This document shows, piece after piece, positions 9,369-17,421 of a stretch of DNA of 64,000 nt; position 1 is the first letter of the stretch; every line of letters begins with the position of its first letter. The stretch comes from an uncultured archaeon (GTDB lineage: Archaea > Asgardarchaeota > Heimdallarchaeia > Heimdallarchaeales > Kariarchaeaceae), in assembly GCA_964645535.1 (NCBI GenBank), contig CAZYCQ010000008.1, positions 3,013-67,012 on the forward strand, in the 5' to 3' direction. The notes below the pieces were generated by a model. It worked only from the letters and a program-made list of their open reading frames with translations. It searched no databases and was not told the origin of the DNA. The position numbers and the translations under genes are program-made.

Positions 9369-9626
9369 ATGGAATACCAGATAGTAAAAACAGTTGATGC
9401 AAGAGGAAGTTTCTGCCCAGGTCCAATGATGGAACTGGTTAGAGCAATAAAAGCGGTTGAGGTCGGTCAGGTTGTCGATCTGATCTCATCCGACAAAGGA
9501 AGTGAACTCGAAATCCCGAAATGGTGTGAGAAAGCAGGGCATAAACTCCTTGAGATGAAGAAAGAGGGTGATGCCACCCACTATATTGTCCAGAAAGGAG
9601 AAAGAAAAAGAAGAAAGAAAAATTAG
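9369..9626 (+). CDS. TusA/SirA-family sulfurtransferase (second copy)
   Basis: Active-site motif GSFCPGPMMELVRAIK (CPxP). Lys/Arg-rich C-terminal tail KGERKRRKKN. Confidence 0.8.
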   Translation: MEYQIVKTVDARGSFCPGPMMELVRAIKAVEVGQVVDLISSDKGSELEIPKWCEKAGHKLLEMKKEGDATHYIVQKGERKRRKKN

Positions 9627-9630
9627 GAGG
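9625..9630 (+). promoter_or_regulatory. Shine-Dalgarno AGGAGG overlapping the upstream stop codon
   Basis: The junction reads aatTAGGAGGaagagaaaTTG: stop TAG at 9624-9626, TTG start at 9639. Confidence 0.65.
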
Positions 9631-9638
9631 AAGAGAAA

Positions 9639-10790
9639 TTGACGGAGCAGCCAAAGAGAGTCGTGGTGATAGGGGCAAGTACTGGAGGAACAATCGCCGC
9701 GAACAAGATCTATAAGAAAGCGAAAAAAGCAAAACTCCCCATAGAGATCACGGTCATTGATCCAACCTTTCAGCATGTGTATCAACCGGGTTTCCTTTTC
9801 ACCATGTTCAAGAAAGACAAGACAAGGAATCTCATTAAGGATTCAAGAAAGCTTCTTCCTAAAGGAACAAAGACCATCGAAGACAAGGTGGTTAAACTCG
9901 ATACCAAGGAACAGATAGTGACCACTGAAAAAGGAGCACATATACCATACGATGCCTTGGTCATTGCAACAGGAGCTGCAATCAGGACGGATGTGGTGGA
10001 TTGGTGGGATGACAGCATCCATCACTTCTATACACCACCTGCTGCAGAAAGGTTGGGAGATGAAATTGAGAAGTTTCAAGGAGGGAAAATTGTTGTTGCA
10101 ATTGCTGACATGCCCTATAAATGCCCACCTGCACCAATCGAGGCTTGTTTCCTGCTTGACGATTACTTCAAGAAAAAGAAAATGAGAGATAAGGTTGAGA
10201 TAACATATGCATCACCCTTAAACAGGGCATTCTCCATTGAAACTGCAAATGAAAAGGTGCAACCCTTATTGGAGAAGAAGGGCATTAATCTGCTGACCTA
10301 CTTCAATGTGGATGAGGTGGATACTGAGGAAAAAGTAGTATACAGTGTAGAAGGAGACGATATTGACTATGACCTATTGATTATGGTTCCACCTCACAGA
10401 GGACAGGAATTTCTTGAAGAGGCAGGTATCGCAGAAACCGGAGGTTGGGTCAAAACAGACAGATATACCCTCAAGGTGGAAGGTCATGACAATATTTTTG
10501 CATTGGGAGATGCAACAAACATCCCAACTTCAAAGGCAGGATCTACAGCCCACTATGAAGCACCAATATTGGCCGCTAATGTTGTCCATACATTGAAGAA
10601 TGACGGAAAATTGGAAAAATACGATGGACATGTACAATGTTTCTTCCTCACCTCCTTTGGAAGAAGCCTGTTCTTGGACTTCAATTATGAAAAACCACCA
10701 AAACCTGGAAATCCAAGCAAATTCTGGTGGTGGTTCAAATTAATATTCAAGCCATTCTATTTCAGATTTGTCGCAACTGGAAAGGTCTAA
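9639..10790 (+). CDS. sulfide:quinone oxidoreductase-like FAD-dependent pyridine nucleotide-disulfide oxidoreductase
   Basis: N-terminal FAD fold VVVIGASTGGTIAANKI. Conserved Cys context MPYKCPPAPIEACFLLDDYF, GD motif FALGDATNIPTSKAGSTAHYEA, and a second Cys in GHVQCFFLTSFG, as in SQR-type flavoproteins. Confidence 0.8.
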   Translation: MTEQPKRVVVIGASTGGTIAANKIYKKAKKAKLPIEITVIDPTFQHVYQPGFLFTMFKKDKTRNLIKDSRKLLPKGTKTIEDKVVKLDTKEQIVTTEKGAHIPYDALVIATGAAIRTDVVDWWDDSIHHFYTPPAAERLGDEIEKFQGGKIVVAIADMPYKCPPAPIEACFLLDDYFKKKKMRDKVEITYASPLNRAFSIETANEKVQPLLEKKGINLLTYFNVDEVDTEEKVVYSVEGDDIDYDLLIMVPPHRGQEFLEEAGIAETGGWVKTDRYTLKVEGHDNIFALGDATNIPTSKAGSTAHYEAPILAANVVHTLKNDGKLEKYDGHVQCFFLTSFGRSLFLDFNYEKPPKPGNPSKFWWWFKLIFKPFYFRFVATGKV

Positions 10791-10848
10791 CACCATCGTT
10801 CAAAACTTAATTTAAGTACATAATTTGTTATCTTCGTGTGTAATCAAT

Positions 10849-13800
10849 TCAGATTTGTTTTTTTGAGATAAACACAGCGGCAACAGTGGGACCAGAACCA
10901 GGAGTCTCTGTGACCAGGACTTGCCAATCGGAAACAGTATCGGTATCGTCATTCAATGAAATCCGGGCAATGGAACTTCCGCGAGGGGCGGCAATGTCCC
11001 AGCCAGCAACCTTACCTTCCCAAGCCACAAAATCGACCTCCTGCCCAGATGCATCCTTCAGGCTAAGAAGGTCACCGCGGTTCCCTAATTTAAGGTTCAG
11101 GTTTCCGAGATCTGGATTGAAGCCATAGAGATTGAAGAAACCGGATGTGGATCTGGCAAGAATCAGATATGCGCCAGGGGCAATAGATACCCCTGATGCA
11201 AATGTGTAGGTTCCACCATTGTCAGAGATTGTCCAACCGGAAAGATCAACTGTTGAACCAGTTGGATTGTACAACTCAATCCATTCTTCCCGTGAATCTC
11301 TTCCGGGAGTGTCATAGAATACTTCAGAAATTACGACATGATTCAATGAAGGCTGTGGAGTGGTTGCGCTTGCCATAAGAGAACGTAAACCTTCATTTCC
11401 AGAGGTATCGACAGCACTTACCTCATAGGTGTAAGTGGTTGCAGAGGAAAGCCCAACGTCTGAAAATGAATTGGTGGTGCTGGTTCCAATCAAAACGCCA
11501 TCACGGTAAATGTTGTAATGATCAAGATCCGGTTCAGTGTTGGCTGTCCAACTGAGATCGATTTGGGATTGGCTAACTGCAGTTGCAGTTAATCCAGTGA
11601 CTTGTCCGGGAGGGGTGAGGTCAGGAGTGGTAACACTTACCAAAGTTGATTTCTGCCCTTCATTGCCGGCAGTATCAACTGCGCTTACCTCATAACCATA
11701 AGTCGTCTTTGCACTCAACCCGTTATCTGAATATGATGCAGTCAGACTTGTCCCCACAAGGACACCATCACGGTAAATGTTGTAATGATCCAAGTCAGCT
11801 TCTGTGTTTGCAGTCCAGCTAAGATCAACTTGAGTTTCACCAACAGCATTCGCCACCAATCCCGTCACCTGTGCAGGAGGAGTGAGATCAGGCGTAGTGA
11901 CAACGGCTGCAGCAGATCGCAGACCTTCATTTCCAGAAGTATCGACCGCACTTACCTCATAAGAATAGGTGGTTGTTGCCACAACGCCTAGATCGGAATA
12001 GGAGGCAACCGTAGAGGTTCCAATGAGCACACCATCACGGTAAATGTTGTAATGATCCAAGTCAGCTTCTGTGTTTGCAGTCCAGCTAAGATCAACTTGA
12101 GTTTCACCAACAGCATTCGCCACCAATCCCGTCACCTGTGCAGGAGGGGTGGTGTCTGGAGATCCAGTTGTAGCACTAACCGGTGCGGATTTCAATCCCT
12201 CATTACTTGAGGTATCAACAGCACTTACCTCATAGGTGTAAGTGGTTGCAGAGGAAAGCCCAACGTCTGAAAATGAATTGGTGGTGCTGGTTCCAATCAA
12301 AACGCCATCACGGTAAATGTTGTAATGATCAAGATCCGGTTCAGTGTTGGCTGTCCAACTGAGATCGATTTGGGATTGGCTAACTGTAGTCGCAGTTAAT
12401 CCAGCGACCTGTCCAGGAGGTGTTGTATCAGGAGACCCACCAAACGGATTGACAAATACATCAACGGCATAATGATCGGATCCGGTATTTGCAGTAGGGG
12501 TATCTCCTGTTGTGGAATTTATGAGCAATCCATTGAAATGTTGATTGACGACAATAAAGTCGATTCGTGAAGTATAGGTTGGATTTTGATGACCGTAGGT
12601 ATAGCCGGGATCTGTTGGGTTTAGATCACGAAATACATCGACAAATGTATGCAAGGTGGAAGAATATTGACCATATGTTGGATCAGTAGGCCGGATAAGC
12701 ATAGTCATGGGACCCCAACCGAGATCTCCTTGAGGAGCAAGATTGGGGTCTTCAACATCAACAGGGGAGAATGAATTCAAGTCACCTGCAAAAACTATTG
12801 GGACATCCCCCAATGAGTCCATGTAGTTTATGACACCCTCCATCGCCCTTTCTCTCTTATCTTCATTGGTTGCACCCGAGCAACATTTAAGGTGAGCCGC
12901 AATGACATGAGTATCTACACCATTGATGGATACAATCACATCAAAGAAATCATGAGATACAGAATAGCTTGCACCAGAATCCAAGGTGACAGTTCCAAAT
13001 TGATTCACGCCAACAACAGGATACCTTGAGAGTATTGCTTCACCACTTGTCGAGAATGACACACCTTGTGTAACATATCCGACATAGGGGGCTTCATTGG
13101 TGAAATAGGCGTTGAACTCGTTCACATATTGCTGGAGCAGTTGGTCATTGTTGTCATCCCAAGTTCCGGTTTCAATAAATATTGCGATATCCGGATTTTC
13201 CTCCTTAACCACCTGTTTCCAATCAGGATTTATGCCAGACTGTTCAATATTATAGGACATGATCTTGAATGCACCAGAAGAAGGCGGTGGTGGAGGATTT
13301 GCATTGTTTACGGTAACGGAGATGATATCTTCACCTACATTTCCGCTGGGATCGGTTGCCCTTGCAGTAATCTGATGAGAACCATCAACTTCCAGCGAGG
13401 TATCCCAAGAATAAGAATTACTGGTTGCTACTTGCGTTCCATCAATGAGCAGGGAATAGGATGAGATACCATTTGCATCAGTTGCAGTGAAAGATATTGT
13501 AACCACTCCAGAAACGGTGGATCCTGCCGATGGAGAAGTTATGGACACGGAAGGAGGGGTTACGTCACCACCGGAACCACCATAGTTTCCGGCACCAGGG
13601 TCTCCCAAAGTTCCACTGTTTTCCCAATCAGACACAGAATCCGTATCTGTTGATGATATTCTGCGAATGGTCGTATCTTTGGCGGATACAGACCAGCCTG
13701 CCACATAATTTTCCCAAGCAACAAAGTCTACCTGATTTCCACTTCCATCCTTTAATACCAATTGGTCGCCAGAATTGGAAAGGGCGAGATTGCTTCCGGA

Positions 13801-14118
13801 AATGTCAGGAGAAAAACCATACAGTGCCTGAAATGCAGCTGCGTCGCGGGCAATCACGACAAATCCACCCGCAGCAATAGATCCGGAAAGGGAAAAGGTA
13901 CCGACATTGTCACTGAGTGTCCATCCGGATAAACTTATGGAAGATCCAGTAGGATTGAATAGTTCAACCCATTCTTCAGTCGCATCCGAATTTGGAGCAT
14001 CATAAAGAACTTCCGTAATGATAATATTTGTGCCAGATGGATTTGCATCAATTGAAAAATGTAACATACTTCCGAAGAGAAGAAGCATTGCAATAGTTAG
14101 TTTTAGAGAAAATCTCAT
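10849..14118 (-). CDS. large secreted multidomain protein: signal peptide, lamin-tail domain (LTD), Ig-like domain, endonuclease/exonuclease/phosphatase (EEP) domain, 4 fibronectin type III repeats, second LTD
   Basis: Signal peptide MRFSLKLTIAMLLLFGSMLHFS.
LTD signatures IIITEVLYDAPNSDATEEWVELFNPTGSSISLSGWTLSD and VVISEVFYDTPGRDSREEWIELYNPTGSTVDLSGWTISD.
EEP motifs IAIFIETG, FAGDLNSF, SDHYAVDV.
Four ~90-aa FN3 units (PPxQVTGL..DLSWTAN..DLDHYNIYRDG..YxYEVSAVDTSGNEG).
SD AAAGGAGAG lies upstream of ATG 14118. Confidence 0.85.
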   Translation of the reverse strand: MRFSLKLTIAMLLLFGSMLHFSIDANPSGTNIIITEVLYDAPNSDATEEWVELFNPTGSSISLSGWTLSDNVGTFSLSGSIAAGGFVVIARDAAAFQALYGFSPDISGSNLALSNSGDQLVLKDGSGNQVDFVAWENYVAGWSVSAKDTTIRRISSTDTDSVSDWENSGTLGDPGAGNYGGSGGDVTPPSVSITSPSAGSTVSGVVTISFTATDANGISSYSLLIDGTQVATSNSYSWDTSLEVDGSHQITARATDPSGNVGEDIISVTVNNANPPPPPSSGAFKIMSYNIEQSGINPDWKQVVKEENPDIAIFIETGTWDDNNDQLLQQYVNEFNAYFTNEAPYVGYVTQGVSFSTSGEAILSRYPVVGVNQFGTVTLDSGASYSVSHDFFDVIVSINGVDTHVIAAHLKCCSGATNEDKRERAMEGVINYMDSLGDVPIVFAGDLNSFSPVDVEDPNLAPQGDLGWGPMTMLIRPTDPTYGQYSSTLHTFVDVFRDLNPTDPGYTYGHQNPTYTSRIDFIVVNQHFNGLLINSTTGDTPTANTGSDHYAVDVFVNPFGGSPDTTPPGQVAGLTATTVSQSQIDLSWTANTEPDLDHYNIYRDGVLIGTSTTNSFSDVGLSSATTYTYEVSAVDTSSNEGLKSAPVSATTGSPDTTPPAQVTGLVANAVGETQVDLSWTANTEADLDHYNIYRDGVLIGTSTVASYSDLGVVATTTYSYEVSAVDTSGNEGLRSAAAVVTTPDLTPPAQVTGLVANAVGETQVDLSWTANTEADLDHYNIYRDGVLVGTSLTASYSDNGLSAKTTYGYEVSAVDTAGNEGQKSTLVSVTTPDLTPPGQVTGLTATAVSQSQIDLSWTANTEPDLDHYNIYRDGVLIGTSTTNSFSDVGLSSATTYTYEVSAVDTSGNEGLRSLMASATTPQPSLNHVVISEVFYDTPGRDSREEWIELYNPTGSTVDLSGWTISDNGGTYTFASGVSIAPGAYLILARSTSGFFNLYGFNPDLGNLNLKLGNRGDLLSLKDASGQEVDFVAWEGKVAGWDIAAPRGSSIARISLNDDTDTVSDWQVLVTETPGSGPTVAAVFISKKQI
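11359..12435 (-). repeat. intragenic tandem FN3-coding repeats with near-identical DNA copies
   Basis: 11762-11880 is identical to 12029-12147 (119 bp, offset 267 bp). About 200 bp at 11411-11612 is near-identical to 12218-12420 (offset 807 bp). At protein level unit 1 resembles unit 4 and unit 2 resembles unit 3. Confidence 0.9.
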
Positions 14119-14937
14119 GAGATGAACTCTCCTTTTGAATTAGGCAATAAACACCTTGAGTTGCCATAAAGAACACATTAAAAACATTACGCAATTTAAT
14201 TTCAAAAAAAAGTGGAATTTAGAAAAATACAGTGATTCTTCATGAAAAGTGTATTTCAAGGATTAATTAATAAGAGTTTAGGAAAGATACATGAGACAAA
14301 CGTCTGTAAGCGAATTAATTGATGAAGAAAACACAGTTCAAAGAATCGACATTTGCCTTGCTTCGTTGGTTTTTTTATGCATGGCGCTTTTATGACTTGC
14401 GGAAAATCCAACATTTTTTGATGTTCAGGTTTTGGGTTCCTGTCAAATTTTCATGTTTTTGGCATTTAGAGTCAACTACTGTATTGGCGTTTAACCCCCC
14501 ATAGAGAGAATGTTATTTTTACAGAACGACAGGAGAAACAATTTGTTGAAATTGAGTCATGCTAAGGCAAGAAATTCGCCATAGTGAGAACATCTGCACC
14601 AATAGTCCAAGTCCCCAAAACCATAGAATAACTATATTTGTTTTGCCAATTTGGACTTCACCGTATTCTGACATGTTACGTGGTGATTATTTACCGAGCA
14701 CTAATATATGAGGTTTGGTTTTGTTTGATGAAAGATAACCTCCCATTACTAAATCAATAAACAAGCCAATTCCATGTTTTTGACCTATTTGGCAAGAACA
14801 AGCATTGGTTAATCCAAACAATTCCTAGAAAGGCATTAAATGAATGGGCAGACAAGTCAGACCTTAAGATAACCACAATTGGAAAATTATCTTTCACAAA
14901 TATATACTCCTTCTTGTCGTCCAATTTCAATAAAAAG

Positions 14938-16053
14938 CTACGATAGATCTATTTCTTTTAGTTTTTTTTCTGCTTCTTCGGCTCTTTTCTCTGCATCTTG
15001 CCTTTTCTTTTCTTCCAGTTCTAATTTTCTTCGTAATTCTTCTGCTTTCCTTTGTGCCTCCTCCGCCTTCCTTTGTGCCTCCTCCGCCTTCCTTTGTGCC
15101 TCCTCCGCCTTCCTTTGTGCCTCCTCTGCCTTCCTTTGCTCCTCTCGAGCTTGCAAGGCAACCATTTCTTTCGGGGTCAGGAGTCTTTTTCCTGTTTTCC
15201 TATCAACCAATATCAAATAATAAAGGGAAAACAGTTCATTCTTTAGATATTTTTGCTTTCTTTCCATTAAGCCAAATTTGAATGGAAGCAAATCAGGTCT
15301 GACATCAAGAAGCTTACTTTGATCAACTTCTTCACCTTCTTTGCAACAAATGGCGCTGGTCTCAACAGTTCGGTATTGTTCGCCATCTTCATAGTATATT
15401 TTGAGAAATGGAGCCTTAACATAGCTCGGACTAGGCAAATGGTCGCTTAGGATGACATATATAGGGATACGCAATCGTTGACATTGTTGGAGGACAATTC
15501 CCAAGTCATTCTTGAATGTAGAAGATGAGAGGACATTGATTGCCATAGTTGGTACACGATTTCCGTATTTGCTTGCATCATAGGAGGAGATGCGGAAAGG
15601 CACATCCATGTTTCGGAAGTAGCTTATGTCAAATTGAATATCTAGCCTTTCTCCTTCAAAAAAAAAGTAGTGATGAAGATCCCAAAATGTTCTGTCATTT
15701 GGATAGTTGGAGGAAAGAACCTCATACAGGTAGTTGATTTCATCAGAGTGAGGTTCACTTTCTCGTCTGCCAAGGCGAGGGGCTGGTTTTTCATCTTCCT
15801 GATCCAGTTTGGCTAGTTCATGCCTTGTACTTCTTATTTCAATGGCATCTCCCATTAGTTCATTATCCTCTTTGGGAGCTAAAAATGTTTTGTAGTACGA
15901 ATTCGAGTAGCGTTTGCGACACATGATTGAGCCATCATTGGTTATCCGCTTATTTTCTGTTCTTCTTCTTGCATCATATCGGAATGTGAAACAGGAGTTT
16001 GGTTTACATCCCATTCTGTTGCAACGAATGAAACATACGTTATTTCTGTCCAA
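14938..16053 (-). CDS. Uma2 (DUF820)-like PD-(D/E)xK-fold protein with a C-terminal charged coiled-coil heptad-repeat tail
   Basis: Core PTMAINVLSSSTFKNDLGIVLQQCQRLRIPIYVILSD resembles the Uma2 block P.lviEVlSpST...D...K...Y...GV.EYW.vD. The C-terminus is REEQRK(AEEAQRK)x4 AEELRRKLELEEKKRQDAEKRAEEAEKKLKE. The N-terminal ~60 aa are Cys/Arg-rich and the true start is uncertain. Confidence 0.6.
   Translation of the reverse strand: MDRNNVCFIRCNRMGCKPNSCFTFRYDARRRTENKRITNDGSIMCRKRYSNSYYKTFLAPKEDNELMGDAIEIRSTRHELAKLDQEDEKPAPRLGRRESEPHSDEINYLYEVLSSNYPNDRTFWDLHHYFFFEGERLDIQFDISYFRNMDVPFRISSYDASKYGNRVPTMAINVLSSSTFKNDLGIVLQQCQRLRIPIYVILSDHLPSPSYVKAPFLKIYYEDGEQYRTVETSAICCKEGEEVDQSKLLDVRPDLLPFKFGLMERKQKYLKNELFSLYYLILVDRKTGKRLLTPKEMVALQAREEQRKAEEAQRKAEEAQRKAEEAQRKAEEAQRKAEELRRKLELEEKKRQDAEKRAEEAEKKLKEIDLS
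15049..15132 (-). repeat. 21-bp tandem repeat x4 (cctttgtgcctcctccgcctt) encoding AEEAQRK heptads
   Basis: Three perfect copies and one copy with a single mismatch at 15049-15132. Degenerate copies flank them at about 15028-15153. The repeat is in frame within the Uma2-like CDS. Confidence 0.9.
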
Positions 16054-16186
16054 ATCTAATGATTAGTTACATGCTCCTGTCACAACTAGGATCGGTTGTT
16101 CAAACGGACTATTGATCCCAATCAATTGCATCCTTAAAAAAGACTGCCTTAAGCAAATGGCATATGGACATTGTTATTGAGAAACC

Positions 16187-16196
16187 ATTAAATTAA
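16187..16196 (+). promoter_or_regulatory. TATA-like box (ATTAAATTAA) 21-30 nt upstream of ATG 16217; no SD
   Basis: Spacing is consistent with an archaeal promoter and a leaderless or short-leader transcript. Confidence 0.3.
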
Positions 16197-16216
16197 GTCC
16201 AGTTTAATTTACCTAC

Positions 16217-17407
16217 ATGATTCTTACCGCAGGGTCATTAGAAAAACTGATCAAGGAAGGAGAGGTGATCGTTGGGAAAGGAATTATGGAATTGGTGAAT
16301 TTAAAAATAGAAAAAATTGCGGGAAATGCATTCAAGAATTATGGAAACATCAGCACTTTGCGAATTAAAAGATGTGGTTTGAAAGAAATTGACCCTGTGG
16401 CTTTTCGATCACTTAAATCATTGGAAACCCTTGATCTTAGCCATAATGAGATTGAAAGGATTGAAAATGGGACATTTTTGCATTTGGAAGCCCTTGAACA
16501 ATTGGCACTTTACAATAATAAAATCGAAGACATTGAAAAGATGGCTTTTTGGGGAATGTCTACATTAAAGCAACTCTATATTGCCGGAAACAGGATTCGA
16601 ATCATCAAGGAATTGACTTTCCATGAACTTCCTGCACTTGAGGAACTTGATCTTTCGGAAAACAGGATTTCCGTAATAGAACCCAATGCCTTTTCTGAAT
16701 TGCCGTTATTGAGACGTATCAACCTATGGAACAACTCTGTGAAGGAAATCAGGGGAGATGAGTTTAGGTCATTGATTTCACTTGAAGAAATAAATTGGGG
16801 AGAAAATGCAATCAAAGAGCTTTTCCCAAATTGTTTTGAAAAACTTCCAAATCTCAAATGGATAGTCTTGTGGAGAAATAAGTTAGAGGTCGTACCAAGT
16901 GGTACATTTTTGAACCATACCAATCTCCAAGAAATATCCCTTGCAGAAAACAATATCAGGATCATTCATTCAGGAGCATTCAGCAATCTTCCAAAAATTC
17001 AGTTGATCAACCTCAGAGCAAATCCCATCAAGGTTATTGAAGCACAAGCGTTTCAGAATTTGCCAAAACTCCAGTCAATTGATTTTGCGGAAACCCAAAT
17101 AGAGCTGATAGAGGAAAATGCATTTCAGGGGTTAGATACATTGCGGGCGATTGAAATGACCTGCATTCAACTCAGCCCAAATACATTCAGGGATATGCCA
17201 CTATTGCAGACAGTCAGCCTATCAAAAACTAGAATGAACGAGGAGGATCTTGCTTTAGCTTTTGCGGCAGTGGGCTCGAAAAATGAAATCAGAGTTTATA
17301 TTTCCGGAATCAATCATGCCCTGATGAACAATCTGTGCAATCTACTGGGAGTAAATGCACGTTTTCATTCTGCAAGAGCTCGATTTTCATTATTCAGGGG
17401 AATTTGA
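16217..17407 (+). CDS. leucine-rich repeat protein of the 'typical' 24-residue class
   Basis: About 13 consecutive 24-aa repeats LxxLxLxxNxIxxIxxxAFxxLxx, e.g. LKSLETLDLSHNEIERIENGTFLHLEALEQLALYNNKIEDIEKMAFWGMSTLKQLYIAGNRIRIIKELTFHELPALEELDLSENRISVIEPNAF. Confidence 0.85.
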   Translation: MILTAGSLEKLIKEGEVIVGKGIMELVNLKIEKIAGNAFKNYGNISTLRIKRCGLKEIDPVAFRSLKSLETLDLSHNEIERIENGTFLHLEALEQLALYNNKIEDIEKMAFWGMSTLKQLYIAGNRIRIIKELTFHELPALEELDLSENRISVIEPNAFSELPLLRRINLWNNSVKEIRGDEFRSLISLEEINWGENAIKELFPNCFEKLPNLKWIVLWRNKLEVVPSGTFLNHTNLQEISLAENNIRIIHSGAFSNLPKIQLINLRANPIKVIEAQAFQNLPKLQSIDFAETQIELIEENAFQGLDTLRAIEMTCIQLSPNTFRDMPLLQTVSLSKTRMNEEDLALAFAAVGSKNEIRVYISGINHALMNNLCNLLGVNARFHSARARFSLFRGI

Positions 17408-17421
17408 AATGGGCAGATCGA

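Noticed and set aside
9439-9785. 97- and 99-aa minus-strand ORFs across the TusA/SQR junction
   Set aside because: They are antisense to well-supported genes and include translation of the poly-purine KKRRKKN-coding tract. These are shadow ORFs.
11359-12435. Near-identical 119-200-bp DNA copies as a possible mobile element or MITE
   Set aside because: The copies are in frame, spaced at multiples of the FN3 unit length (267 and 807 bp), and encode FN3 domains. They are intragenic domain repeats.
14319-14504. 61-aa ORF in the 0.8-kb gap as a real gene
   Set aside because: It has an unusual Trp/Phe/Arg-rich composition and no start context. It is surrounded by stops in all frames. It is more likely non-coding or a remnant.
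15028-15153. 21-bp tandem repeat as a possible CRISPR or minisatellite regulatory array
   Set aside because: The copies are contiguous with no spacers. They are in frame and encode AEEAQRK heptads within a coiled-coil tail. This is a coding tandem repeat, not a CRISPR array.
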